A stretch of DNA of 63,928 nucleotides, the filler included, from Octopus bimaculoides (lineage: Eukaryota): NCBI RefSeq assembly GCF_001194135.2. It is 7 parts of 6 records of this genome, joined end to end, with 100 filler letters (N's around TTAATTAATTAA, not from the genome) between each part and the next. Parts side by side here need not be neighbours in the genome. Positions count along the whole stretch, not along the records: positions 1 to 22,812 come from NC_069007.1; positions 22,913 to 31,920 come from NC_068985.1; 5 more parts are not named here. One strand, 5' to 3'. A model generated the notes under the pieces. That model saw only the letters and a program-made list of their open reading frames with translations. It did no database searches and was not told the DNA's origin. A program made the translations under genes and the position numbers. The number at the start of each line of letters is the position of its first letter. Position 1 is the stretch's first letter. Positions 13,566 through 26,169 of the stretch are shown here, one piece after another.

Positions 13566-13889
13566 NNNNNNNNNNNNNNNNNNNNNNNNNNNNNNNNNNN
13601 NNNNNNNNNNNNNNNNNNNNNNNNNNNNNNNNNNNNNNNNNNNNNNNNNNNNNNNNNNNNNNNNNNNNNNNNNNNNNNNNNNNNNNNNNNNNNNNNNNNN
13701 NNNNNNNNNNNNNNNNNNNNNNNNNNNNNNNNNNNNNNNNNNNNNNNNNNNNNNNNNNNNNNNNNNNNNNNNNNNNNNNNNNNNNNNNNNNNNNNNNNNN
13801 NNNNNNNGAATTGTGATACATGTTTGCCATAAGCTGAGTATGAAAGTGAATTATGATGCATTTATCAGTCTTGATTTATACCATTTCAT

Positions 13890-14035
13890 ACCACCACTTA
13901 GCAGTTCAGCAAAAGAGACCAATAGAATAAGTACTAGGCTTACAAAGAATAAGTCCTGGGGTCGATTTGCTCGACTAAAGGCGGTGCTCCAGCATGGCCG
14001 CAGTCAAATGACTGAAACAAGTAAAAGAATATATG
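13890..14035 (+). mobile_element. SINE family A, 3' half (module B)
   Basis: Ends GGCGGTGCTCCAGCATGGCCGCAGTCAAATGACTGAAACAAGTAAAAGA. Confidence 0.9.
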
Positions 14036-14184
14036 TATATATATGGTTAAATTCGGTGCGTGTTGAAGCAATTAGCTGACCCCTGATTATAATTATGTTT
14101 ATAATTATAGAATATTTGTATATGTATATATATCTCATCATCATCATCGTCATCATCATCATCATCATCACCATCAGCATCATC

Positions 14185-14400
14185 AGCATCATCATCATTG
14201 TTTAACATCCACCTTCCATGCTGGCATGGGTTGGACAGTTTAACAGGAGCTGACCAGGCGGGAGCCTGCGCCATGTTTCTGAGAGTGTTTCAGCATGGTT
14301 TTTACAGCTGGATGCCTTTCCAAATGCCAACCACTTTCCAGTGTGGACTGGGTGATTTTTAAGTGACACTGGTACTGGCAGGGGTCATCAAGTGACTTTG
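14185..14400 (-). mobile_element. Diverged family D (RTE-tail) element
   Basis: CTTCCATGCTGGCATGGGTTGGAC...CAGCTGGATGCCTTTCCAAATGCCAACCAC after (CAT)n. Confidence 0.7.
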
Positions 14401-15055
14401 CAAGACAAAGAGTCTTTGAGAAGGTGTGGGGGACATTGGAGGAAGTGATCTTGTGTCAGATGATGAAAGATCAGAATATGACAGAGTGGCAGAAACAGAA
14501 GTCTTGCTGTAGAGGATGTCCATGGTTACCCAGACAGAGAGAGGAAGAGACAGAGAGGGAAAGAGAGGGGAAGAGAAAGAGAAGGAGAGTTAAAAAGAAT
14601 GACGGCAGGAACAGCTACCTAGAGAGGGATATATATATANNNNNNNNNNNNNNNNNNNNNNNNNNNNNNNNNNNNNNNNNNNNNNNNNNNNNNNNNNNNN
14701 NNNNNNNNNNNNNNNNNNNNNNNNNNNNNNNNNNNNNNNNNNNNNNNNNNNNNNNNNNNNNNNNNNNNNNNNNNNNNNNNNNNNNNNNNNNNNNNNNNNN
14801 NNNNNNNNNNNNNNNNNNNNNNNNNNNNNNNNNNNNNNNNNNNNNNNNNNNNNNNNNNNNNNNNNNNNNNNNNNNNNNNNNNNNNNNNNNNNNNNNNNNN
14901 NNNNNNNNNNNNNNNNNNNNNNNNNNNNNNNNNNNNNNNNNNNNNNNNNNNNNNNNNNNNNNNNNNNNNNNNNNNNNNNNNNNNNNNNNNNNNNNNNNNN
15001 NNNNNNNNNNNNNNNNNNNNNNNNNNNNNNNNNNNNNNNNNNNNNNNNNNNNNNN

Positions 15056-15116
<61 letters not shown>

Positions 15117-15569
15117 TAAAGTGTATATATGTTTGTGTGTGTATGTGTGGGTGGAGATGTGTGTGGATGTATATTTATATACATGTATAAATACATCTAT
15201 ATTTATATATCTATGTATATATAAATATACATATGTTTGCATATATTACATACATATATGTGCACACACATACACATACACACACACACATATATATACA
15301 TACATATATATATATATATTTATATTATACACACACACACATATATATATATACATATATGTATATACATATATATATACACATATATATACACACACAC
15401 ACATATACAGTAGCTAAGTCTGGAACTGATGATTCATAGAGCTTCTGCTTGAATTGGTCCAATAAGTTATATAAAAGACACACAAACTCAAACAGCCTGG
15501 TAACAATGAAGAAATGTATATAGAGATTTGAAAATAAATCTCAGATGAATAATAAATAAGGCATTCCCT

Positions 15570-15616
<47 letters not shown>

Positions 15617-15897
15617 CCTGGAAGTAGAATAGATATCCTGGGTAGATTATTGCTTACATTTATAATACTTTTTTAAACGTAGGGGTCATGATAAGGTAAT
15701 GAGGGGGCGTTTGTGTGGTTGTTGAGGTTCTTTAACTGGCAAGAAATAGCAGTCAAATCTCTTTCAAATCACACCCTACAGATGTAGGCTGCTTTGAAAT
15801 TATGTTGCTTTGAGTTCAGTCCTATTGCCTTACACCTGGGCAAGTGTCATCTAAATCCTGGTTAACAAAAGCCTGGTGAGTGAATTTTTATACATAG

Positions 15898-15931
<34 letters not shown>

Positions 15932-16159
15932 TAATACAATCATGAACATATATATGTAGATAATTAAATAAATGAGGAGAGAACAAGTAATTAAGTAATG
16001 CACTTCATTAACTTACAGCTGTTTCTACTATAAGATGTAATGCACTAATGGCTGAGTGTTTGTGTATCACCTTATAACCTTATCAGAGCTTCAGGCATAT
16101 AGAGGGGGGCTCCGAAAGTGATCTCAGGGAGTAGCGATATAATATACGAAGAGGATAGA

Positions 16160-16620
16160 ATATTGGTTGGCTATGACACTAAAGCGATGTTATTGTATGG
16201 GGCTGAGACATGGCGAACAACAGTTAAGTCAAATAAGCAAACACAATCATTCATTAACAGGTGCTTGCGTAGTATACTTAAAATCAGATGGCCCGAACAC
16301 GTAAGCAATATGGAGCTATGGCAAAGAACGAATCAAGTTTCGATTAGGGAGCAAATATTTAAGAGAAAGTGGAAGTGGATTGGTAGCACAATTAGAAAGG
16401 ACACACCAAATGCAGCGAAAAGTGCTTTACAGTGGAATCCGGATGGATATAGAAAGAGGGGTTAGGCCTAAGAACTCGTGGTGTAGATCAACACAAAAGG
16501 AACTAGAGAAAGGGGGACATTCATGGCAGAGTATAAGTACAGAAGCAAGAAATTATGCGACATGGAATTCAGTTATAAGTGGCCTATACTCCGCATTGGA
16601 GGGTTAAAGGCAAGAAAGAA
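16160..16620 (+). pseudogene. RTE-clade LINE, RT C-terminal remnant (5'-truncated)
   Basis: LLYGAETW...RCLRSILKIRWPEHVSNMELW...KWKWIG...ALQWNPDGYRKRG*RPKNSW: typical RTE C-terminus with one in-frame stop. Confidence 0.9.
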
Positions 16621-16714
16621 GAATGACACAGGTAGTAATTTTACCTTCTGCTTATTCTTAGTGTAAGTCTTGAAGAGTGCAGTTCGATTTTAACAGTTAT
16701 TTTTTGAAGCTATA

Positions 16715-16768
16715 ATGGAAGTAACGAAGGAGCATATTCGGCATATTTTACTTTATGAGTTCAGAAAG
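16715..16768 (+). pseudogene. mariner transposase N-terminal fragment
   Basis: Manual translation MEVTKEHIRHILLYEFRK resembles mariner transposase N-termini. Confidence 0.65.
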
Positions 16769-16799
16769 ATCCATGTTAGAAACATCACTAAGAGAGCAA

Positions 16800-17080
16800 A
16801 TTCAAAATGGGATAATTCAAGAATGGAATAGAGTAAACAATGTAATTGCAGTGTACCAAAAGCACAAGTTCCATGGGGTGAGACATGTCACAAGGTCAAT
16901 AGACAAGAGGTGGACCCATGCAGTTGCTGAATGATATCCAAGAGATTGGAAATGGCCACTTGGAAAGCCTTCATGACAGTGGGAAGGCAACTTAGTCAAG
17001 CAATTTGGGTCAAGAGGGAAAAGAATGACATAATGAAGGCAAAATTGGAAGTGCACTGTGAACAGCAATGTATAACAGAA
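16800..17080 (+). pseudogene. Second RTE-clade LINE C-terminal remnant (different family)
   Basis: Manual translation ...VRHVTRSIDKRWTHAVAE*YPRDWKWPLGKPS*QWE matches the RTE motif GHVAR..D.RW....EW.P...KR..GRP..RW. Confidence 0.75.
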
Positions 17081-17601
17081 TCTGATTGTTTGATTGATAC
17101 TGTAATACTCTGATATATTTATTTATATACTATACCATGAAGATTTGCAAGGACATCTTTAATTAATTAAGACTAATTTTCAAATCCTTAATCAGCTTAA
17201 GGAATGGCACTTACAGTCTATTTACTTCAAAGGGTCAAGTGACTTACAGAAATTAACCCCTCTACCTACCATCTTGTGAGCCCTAGATAAAACAGGATAT
17301 GATAAGAATAGAGCCTAGTTTAAAATGTTACACTTCTGGCAATTCAAGCTTGAACTTCTGCCTGTGAGTGGTTCTGTGTATAGAAAAGTTAATGTGTGTG
17401 TGTGTATGCATGTGAGTGTGCATGTGCGTGTGTGTGTGTGTGTTGGCGTGAGGTAGATCATCCTGTTACAGAAACCATGCCAAAGCAGATATTGGAACTC
17501 AGTGCAGCACTCTCACTTACTGGATCCTGTCATCCTGTCAAACTGTCCATCTAATGTCAGCATGGAAGACAGACATTAAATGATAATTATATATATATGT
17601 A

Positions 17602-17645
<44 letters not shown>

Positions 17646-17698
17646 AAGGGCATTATTACAGGAAAATAATAACGCCACACAGTGGACTTCTCAAAATA

Positions 17699-17757
17699 AC
17701 CACATTTAGTACCCAATGCGAGGAAAAAACAACCTCGCATTGGGTACTAAATGTGGT
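17699..17757. repeat. Perfect hairpin, 25-bp stem and 9-nt loop
   Basis: ACCACATTTAGTACCCAATGCGAGG-AAAAAACAA-CCTCGCATTGGGTACTAAATGTGGT. Confidence 0.95.
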
Positions 17758-18393
17758 NNNNNNNNNNNNNNNNNNNNNNNNNNNNNNNNNNNNNNNNNNN
17801 NNNNNNNNNNNNNNNNNNNNNNNNNNNNNNNNNNNNNNNNNNNNNNNNNNNNNNNNNNNNNNNNNNNNNNNNNNNNNNNNNNNNNNNNNNNNNNNNNNNN
17901 NNNNNNNNNNNNNNNNNNNNNNNNNNNNNNNNNNNNNNNNNNNNNNNNNNNNNNNNNNNNNNNNNNNNNNNNNNNNNNNNNNNNNNNNNNNNNNNNNNNN
18001 NNNNNNNNNNNNNNNNNNNNNNNNNNNNNNNNNNNNNNNNNNNNNNNNNNNNNNNNNNNNNNNNNNNNNNNNNNNNNNNNNNNNNNNNNNNNNNNNNNNN
18101 NNNNNNNNNNNNNNNNNNNNNNNNNNNNNNNNNNNNNNNNNNNNNNNNNNNNNNNNNNNNNNNNNNNNNNNNNNNNNNNNNNNNNNNNNNNNNNNNNNNN
18201 NNNNNNNNNNNNNNNNNNNNNNNNNNNNNNNNNNNNNNNNNNNNNNNNNNNNNNNNNNNNNNNNNNNNNNNNNNNNNNNNNNNNNNNNNNNNNNNNNNNN
18301 NNNNNNNNNNNNNNNNNNNNNNNNNNNNNNNNNNNNNNNNNNNNNNNNNNNNNNNNNNNNNNNNNNNNNNNNNNNNNNNNNNNNNNNNNNNNG

Positions 18394-18580
18394 TGTTTGT
18401 GTGTCTGTGTTTGTCCCCCCCACCATCGCTTGACAACCGATCTTGGTGTGTTTACATCCCTATAACTTAGCAGTTCGGCAAAAGATAGAATAAGTACCAG
18501 GCTTGCAAAGAATAAATCCTGGGGTCGAAAGGCGGTGCCCCAGCATGGCCACAGTCGAATGACTGAAACAAATAAAAGAA
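18394..18580 (+). mobile_element. SINE family A, 3' half (module B)
   Basis: Same module and tail as 13890-14035. Confidence 0.9.
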
Positions 18581-18602
18581 TATATATATTTATATTTGTA
18601 TG

Positions 18603-18633
<31 letters not shown>

Positions 18634-19194
18634 CCACGGTACATGATGTATTTATTAACAATTAGCAATTCTATTTGAATGGGACAAAAGGAATCCCTGT
18701 GACAAATTTACAGGTAGCAGCAGTGGCAGGGGGAGAAGGAAGAGGAGGGAGGCAATGGGGAGAGAATAGGAGTACAAAGTAAGTCGATCTTAGCACAGAG
18801 TGGTGTAGGATTGCAGGTGAAAATGAGGGTCTCAGTGTTTAAAGGTTGGGGGAAGTAGGGAGTTTCATTAAAGCCCCTTGTTACAAGGGAACAAACAGCA
18901 CTGCTGCTCTCTTTGTTGTTAATATTATTGCACATATTCAACTGTACTCCGCGGTGGTTTCGTTTTAACACAGGAAAGTTGCAACAACGAGGGTAAAGGG
19001 TGCCGGGGTAACAATGTGTAGAACAGGGAGGGGGGGCGAAACGTGGAGGGGATGGTGCTCGATGGTGGCAGTGGGGTACAGGAGGAAGAGAAGGTAATCA
19101 AAGGATGTCCTTAGTGGTGGTGGTGGTGGTGGTGGTGGTNNNNNNNNNNCCCTCTCCCAATATCCTCTTTTACTATAATTCCACCTCATGTATA

Positions 19195-19950
19195 ACACCA
19201 CCACCACCACTGCCACCTCCATTAACATCACTGCCACCACAACCGCTGTGATTCATGTGAAAGCAGGGATGGGGGGAAACTCAAAGGAAACAAGCCAAAA
19301 AAAAAAAAAAAAAATCTCTTCCCCTTACACCCCCCCTCGTCCCTTCCTTCCTTCCTCAGTCTCAGTAACAATACAAACCAGGGACCAGTGATTTCATCAT
19401 CACCACTACCACCATCATCATCAACATCGTCATCCTCATCATCATCATCATCACCACCATCATCACCATCATCATCATCATCACCACCACCACCACCATC
19501 ACCATCATCATCATCATCACCATCATCATCACAAACATCACCACTACAATCATTATCACCACCACTACCACCATCAATATTCCCCCCCCCCNNNNNNNNN
19601 NATCATCATCACAAACATCACCACTACAATCATTATCACCACCACTACCACCATCAATATTCCCCCCCCCCGCAATCACTACCATCATCATCATCATCAT
19701 TTCCATCGCCATAGCCCCACCACTACTATCATCATCATCATCATTGCCTAAACCATCATCCTCATCACCATCACCACCACTACGGTCGGTCGTCATTACC
19801 ATCATCATTAGCAGCAGCAGCGGTATCAAGACCACAACCACCACTATTACCACCATCACTACTACGATTGCATCCCCTACCTCCACCACCAACAGTGCCG
19901 CCGACACCACCACCACCATCACTACTATTATTATCGTCATTATTCACCGG
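19195..19950. repeat. (CAT/CAC)n low-complexity region
   Basis: Direct inspection. Confidence 0.9.
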
Positions 19951-20036
19951 TAAATCAACAACAAAGACATCCAGACAACCATTAATGTCACTCGGAACCA
20001 GGGCAAAAACAACAACAACAAGAATTTCAGTATTAA

Positions 20037-20082
<46 letters not shown>

Positions 20083-20259
20083 TCGTTTTATTGGCCACAA
20101 GGGCTAATATCAATTAAAAACATGTAAGGACAAAGACAGGACGAAGGTTACAAAAGGTTTTGTCCGAAAAGGTAGGAAAGTTCGTCTAAACAGAGGAAGA
20201 AAACGGAGAAAGATATAACAAATAAATAGATAAATAAATAAAAAAAATAAATAAATAGA

Positions 20260-20468
20260 ACTCCCAAAGGCACAAGGCCTGAAATTTGGGGGGATGGGGA
20301 TAGTCAATTACATCGACCCCAGTACTCAACTGATACTTTATTTATCAGCCCCCGAAAGGATAAAAGGCAAAGTTGACCTCAGCAGAATTTGAACTCAGAA
20401 CGAGAGGACAGATGAAATGCTGCTGAACATTTTGCCGGCACTCAAACAATTCTGCCAGCTTGCCAACT
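20260..20468 (-). mobile_element. SINE family C (diverged)
   Basis: CCCCGAAAGGATAAAAGGCAAAGTTGACCTC...GAATTTGAACTCAG. Confidence 0.8.
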
Positions 20469-20484
20469 TACACCAGCTTAATAA

Positions 20485-20760
20485 TCTATATATATATAAA
20501 ATTGAGAATGTATGTCTGTGTGAATCCCTAAAACTCTAGAACTACACAACAAATTTCCTTCAAATTTTACACATGCCTTACTTAGGGTCCCGGTTGTGTT
20601 TTAGTCAAAAAAAAAATTTAACTTCTTGCATACTTCCAGCCCACAGCAACATCATATCTCCTCCACTATTTAAGTATTACATGTCAAAAGTGAAACAAAA
20701 ACACTCATGTCATTCGAACCGGAATCTCAAAAACATTGTCACCTTACATCTCATTCTCAT
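20485..20760 (+). mobile_element. Possible Helitron-type non-autonomous element, 5' part
   Basis: A|TCTATATATATATAAAATTGAGAATGTATGTCTG start resembles Helitron-derived elements; 3' end not found. Confidence 0.3.
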
Positions 20761-20971
20761 TTAAGTACCACGACAGGCAAATAAAAATTACTTGTCCTTA
20801 ATAATCGCATATGAATTCATCAAATATGGAGTACCACATTAATAGAACTAACAATCGAAAACTAGGGCAGCATGCTGGCAACATTGAAAAATAGGGCCTC
20901 AAAAATTGACAGATACATATAACAATCCTAGTGACAGTGCAAATATCAACCACATAACACATCTTATATAC

Positions 20972-21358
20972 TCTTTTACTTGTTTCAGTCATTTGACTGC
21001 GGCCATGCTGGAGCACCGCCTTTTAGTCGAGCAAATCGACCCCAGGACTTATTCTTTGGAAGCCTAGTACTTATTCTATCGGTCTCTCTTTGCCGAACTG
21101 CTAAGTTACGGGGACGTAAACACACCAGCATCGGTTGTCAAGCGATGTTGGGGGGACAAACACAGACACACAAACACACATATATATTTATATATACATA
21201 TATACGATGGGCTTCTTTCAGTTTCCGTCTACCAAATCCACTCACAAGGCTTTGGTCGACCCGAGGCTATAGTAGAAGACACTTGCCCAAGATGCCACGC
21301 AGTGGGACTGAACCCGGAACCATGTGGTTGGCAAGCAAGCTACTTACCACACAGCCTC
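20972..21358 (-). mobile_element. Full-length bipartite SINE family A (head, microsatellite hinge, module B, tail)
   Basis: Both halves in order; near-identical copy at 21799-22188 across a gap. Confidence 0.92.
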
Positions 21359-22812
21359 TCCTGCGCCTATTTTGCTGAATTTGGNNNNNNNNNNNNNNNN
21401 NNNNNNNNNNNNNNNNNNNNNNNNNNNNNNNNNNNNNNNNNNNNNNNNNNNNNNNNNNNNNNNNNNNNNNNNNNNNNNNNNNNNNNNNNNNNNNNNNNNN
21501 NNNNNNNNNNNNNNNNNNNNNNNNNNNNNNNNNNNNNNNNNNNNNNNNNNNNNNNNNNNNNNNNNNNNNNNNNNNNNNNNNNNNNNNNNNNNNNNNNNNN
21601 NNNNNNNNNNNNNNNNNNNNNNNNNNNNNNNNNNNNNNNNNNNNNNNNNNNNNNNNNNNNNNNNNNNNNNNNNNNNNNNNNNNNNNNNNNNNNNNNNNNN
21701 NNNNNNNNNNNNNNNNNNNNNNNNNNNNNNNNNNNNNNNNNNNNNNNNNNNNNNNNNNNNNNNNNNNNNNNNNNNNNNNNNNNNNNNNNCATCTTATATA
21801 CTCTTTTACTTGTTTCAGTCATTTGACTGCGGCCATGCTGGAGCACCGCCTTTTAGTCGAGCAAATCGACCCCAGGACTTATTCTTTGGAAGCCTAGTAC
21901 TTATTCTATCGGTCTCTCTTTGCCGAACTGCTAAGTTACGGGGACGTAAACACACCAGCATCGGTTGTCAAGCGATGTTGGGGGGGACAAACACAGACAC
22001 ACAAACACACATATATATTTATATATACATATATACGATGGGCTTCTTTCAGTTTCCGTCTACCAAATCCACTCACAAGGCTTTGGTCGACCCGAGGCTA
22101 TAGTAGAAGACACTTGCCCAAGATGCCACGCAGTGGGACTGAACCCGGAACCATGTGGTTGGCAAGCAAGCTACTTACCACACAGCCTCTCCTGCGCCTA
22201 TTTTGCTGAATTTGGATATACACTCCCCCCACCCCCAGCACCCTGAATACCCACTTAGATCTCATTGTGATCTTTGCTTTCTACTTCAGGCCCCTTTTAA
22301 GTGATAATCACAATATACTTTAAGTCACCTCTGCCCTTCCTCTTTCTGGTTATCACCCATATACCATTATCTTGTCAGCATCTTCTGAGGCATGTTCTTT
22401 TCTGTAGACATGGTGAATTTATAGTCACAGTAAAATAGTGGTAGGGAAGAGAGTATGTGACATTAATTAATTTATCACCAGCAGCTGTCAATTACCAATG
22501 GTTTTTAATTCTAAGGAGATGTAGAAGACTTGCTGTATTGGATCTTTTCCTCGTGATAAGGATAAAGATGAATTACCCTTTCTTGACCCCCATTGTTATT
22601 TTCTTCTGCCACTCTAAATTATAGTAGGCTTTAAGTATTTTCTCCCTAAGTTCATTCTGCTACACTAATAGCAGTAAGCATTGTAATTCTTTTATTCTCT
22701 AGTTCTGATGAAAAATTTGCTTAAAAATTATAATGGCAACTTATATGGTCTTATGCTGCCGAGTAAGGTGGCGGTATATTTCAAATTGATGTAATGCTTG
22801 CATTGATCGATT

Positions 22813-22912
22813 NNNNNNNNNNNNNNNNNNNNNNNNNNNNNNNNNNNNNNNNNNNNTTAATTAATTAANNNNNNNNNNNNNNNNNNNNNNNNNNNNNNNN
22901 NNNNNNNNNNNN
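22813..22912. other. Artificial scaffold-joining spacer (44N-TTAATTAATTAA-44N)
   Basis: Exactly 100 bp; the 12-mer has stops in all six frames; the same structure recurs six times. Confidence 0.95.
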
Positions 22913-23150
22913 CTGTGTTTGTTTGTGTAAGTGGTTGTGTTGTTGGTTTTGTTGTTGTTGGTTGTTGACTTTCTGGTTGTGGTGTATGTGATGTGTGGGA
23001 AGTGGGATCAGTGTTTGTATTGTCTTTTGGTTTAACTGTTTCTTTAGTTCTTGTTGTTGTAGGTGTTTTTCCGGATGCTGTTTTATGTTCGTTTGTTGGT
23101 GTTGTTGGGTGTGTCTCATTGCTTGTTTTCTGTGTTGATGGTGGTGTGGG

Positions 23151-23217
<67 letters not shown>

Positions 23218-23240
23218 ATGGATGGATGGATGGATGGATA
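23151..23240. repeat. (TAGA)n/(GGAT)n tetranucleotide repeat
   Basis: Direct inspection. Confidence 0.95.
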
Positions 23241-23517
23241 GAATAAAAATGAAGAGTACAGTTTGTTCTTATACACATAACAACTTTACACGTGCTTTAG
23301 CTGAAATCACAGAATGATTACGTTTTTTACCATTATGCAATCATTTCCAAAATGTCGCCTTCTCAGGAATTCTTATTAAAACAATAGAACTATGTTTAAT
23401 GTCATTGACCTTTATTAATTATTTCCATGTAGCACGAATTTTATTCCAAGGTATCTTCTAAAGAGACTAACGGAATTTATGGATTTCTAACTCTAACTCA
23501 GTGTCACTATAAGCATC

Positions 23518-23575
<58 letters not shown>

Positions 23576-23859
23576 CAAATACAATCGTTACTAAATGTGA
23601 CTAGGGATACTAAGACATCTACATTGCTAGAAATAAGAGTTAAAATACTCTTAATGCTGTAGGAAGAGCGCAAATGTATACTCACATACTGATAGGAATT
23701 GTAACTGCCTCAACATCGTCTCGAGAATCACTCAGACTAAACGATTAGTTTCACCGAGGATTGCATGTTCGGCAGTTGTCGAGCAATTCCGTCTGTCACC
23801 ATATATGTATTTACTATAGAAATCTATAGATGATTTTAGCGGAATGCTGATACGTATAC

Positions 23860-24090
23860 AAAATGTTAATTTCTTTATAGTGATCAAATATACATGTTGT
23901 ACTCCGATCCAGTCAGCCTTTCCTGGACAGGTACACAGGTGACCGCGTGTCAGGTGTTGAAGGGATCGTAGAGCAACGTGAGATGAAGGGTTTTGTTCAA
24001 GAACACAAGGCACCACCCAGTCTAGGAACTGAAACCACGATCTCATGATTGTGAGTGCAACACCCTAACTACTAGGCCACGTATCCTCAC
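23860..24090 (-). mobile_element. tRNA-headed SINE related to family E
   Basis: Minus head GTGGCCTAGTAGTTAGGG...GGTTTCAGTTCC; related piece at 55228-55340 (+). Confidence 0.7.
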
Positions 24091-24144
24091 AGACACGCAC
24101 ACATATAATTATATATGTATATATCTATATATATATATATACAT

Positions 24145-25175
24145 GTTTTCTTTTGTCGGTTTCAGCTCAAAGCTGCGGCCATGCTGGGACACTGCCGTTT
24201 TGCTGCACTTCTATTATTGAGAGCCTTCCCTGATATATGGCATTTGGTGAATAAGGAAGTTTGACGTCACTGCCGTCATTTGCGCCTCTTGCCGCGAGGT
24301 AGATTCATCTAGGACCCTCGACAGGAAGAAATCCACTTTTGTTTTGAAAACACCTACATCCACTTTGCGTAGATCCCTCGCTCTCTTTGGGAGAATATTA
24401 AAAAGCTGTGGGTCCTTGAAACCCAGACTGTTGCAGTAACTAGTCCTGAGGTGCGACAGCATTGTCGGGATATTTGGCACTGTGCAGTGACGACCCGTTC
24501 CGGCATTTGTGTAACTTTCAACGCCAAAGTTTGGTACAATCCCTTCCAGGATCTTCCAGATGTATATTACTGCATATCGCTCCCACCTTCGCTCCGGGGA
24601 GTAGAGTCTTAGCTGTTCCAACCTTTCCCAGTAGCTGAGCTGTTGTAATGAGATGATCTTCTTTGTGTAGTTTCGCTGGATTGCTTCAATGTCCGCTGTT
24701 AATTTTACACTGTTCGCTGACCATAGCTGGGAGCAATAGTCCAGGCGGCTAAGGACGAATATCCTCCAGAGGACCATCATGGTTTCCTTTTCTCTGGTTC
24801 TGAAGGTTTTCAGGATTCATCCAGTGAGCCGTCTGCACTTTGGCGCCATCTTGGTAATGTATACTTGGAAAGAGGTATCATCACTCAGGTTGATACCCAG
24901 GTCACGCACTGACTATAGTTCTGGGATTGTAATCTTCCCCTGGCCAGTATACCCTGTAAGTGTTCCGTTCAATTTTGCATGCTGCTAGCACAGGGTCCTC
25001 AGCCCGTCTGTAAATTGCGCCCAACTCATACTGCGGAGATGCAACATCACTAGGGTTTTTTATTTTCTCCGACTTTCGTATCAAATGCGTAGCTAGCAAG
25101 GGTGGCTATCCGGACAGCTGAGGGCATACCTGAGAGGCTCACTATGAAAAGAAATGGCCCCAAGAGAGTGCTCAG
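24145..25175 (-). pseudogene. CR1-type LINE: RT domain 4 to C-terminus plus 3' UTR, frameshifted
   Basis: TLLGPFLF...ASYAFDTKV (YADD motif), SRLDYCSQLWS...IEAIQRNYTKKI...SYWERLEQLRLYS.ERRWERY; stop at 24214-24216. Confidence 0.9.
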
Positions 25176-25189
25176 TGTAACAGCACTCA

Positions 25190-25550
25190 TTCTTTTAATT
25201 GTTTCAGTCATTTGACTATTCCTATGCTGGAGCACCGCCTTTAGTCGAACAAATCGACCCCAGGACTTATTCTTTGTAAGCCTATTATTTATTCTATCGG
25301 TCCATTTTGCCGAACCAGCATTGGTTGTCAAGCGATGGTGGGGGGGGGGGTGACAAACATAAACACACAAACACATATACACATATATACATATATACGA
25401 CAGGCTTCTTTCAGTTTCCGTCTACCAAATCCACTCACAAGGCTTTGGTCGGCCCGAGGCTATAGTAGAAGACACTTGCCCAAGGTGCCACGCAGTGGGA
25501 CTGAACCCAGAACATGTGGTTGGTAAGCAAGCTACTTACCACGCAGCCTC
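25190..25550 (-). mobile_element. Full-length bipartite SINE family A
   Basis: Same organisation as 20972-21358; truncates the CR1 remnant. Confidence 0.9.
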
Positions 25551-26169
25551 TGCTGCGCCTATATTTGTGTTTCCTTTGAAGTGGCTCCATATTATATATA
25601 TATTTGCGTGTGTTCTGTGTTAGCAGTAAATCTTTCCTAATTAACTGATTCAATCCATTCATATTCATAGTCTTGCCACATTATGCTAAGTGTCATTCAC
25701 CACAAAATATTCCTGACGTAATGAAGAAGTTATTGAACCCCGTGAACATTGAGTTGACCAATTGTAATGCTGTCCGATTTCTCTATAATCCTTCATTATT
25801 CCCGAAACCTTGTCTGACAGAAGCAGTAATACTCTAGCAGTGTAAAATACCGTGTACTACCAGAATGAATCACTACATGTTTAGTAATAAGCACAACTTC
25901 CATAATATATATTCTTTTGTTCGTTTTCTGCGGCCATGCTCGAGCACCGCCATAATTGTTTGAGTCATTAGACTGCAGGGGAGATGCTGGGACGCCGTCC
26001 TCAAAGGTTTATCGAATAGATCGACTTGTCTATTATGTTTTTTGGTACTTTTTCTACTTCGATATTTAAAGGAACTGCTAAGGTACAGGGACGTAATCAA
26101 GCCAATACCGGTTTTCAAACGATGGTGCGAGGTAAACACACGCAGACATACACACATACATGCAAATAT

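Noticed and set aside
22857-22868. TTAATTAATTAA as a biological motif
   Set aside because: Always centred in exactly 88 Ns; an artificial linker
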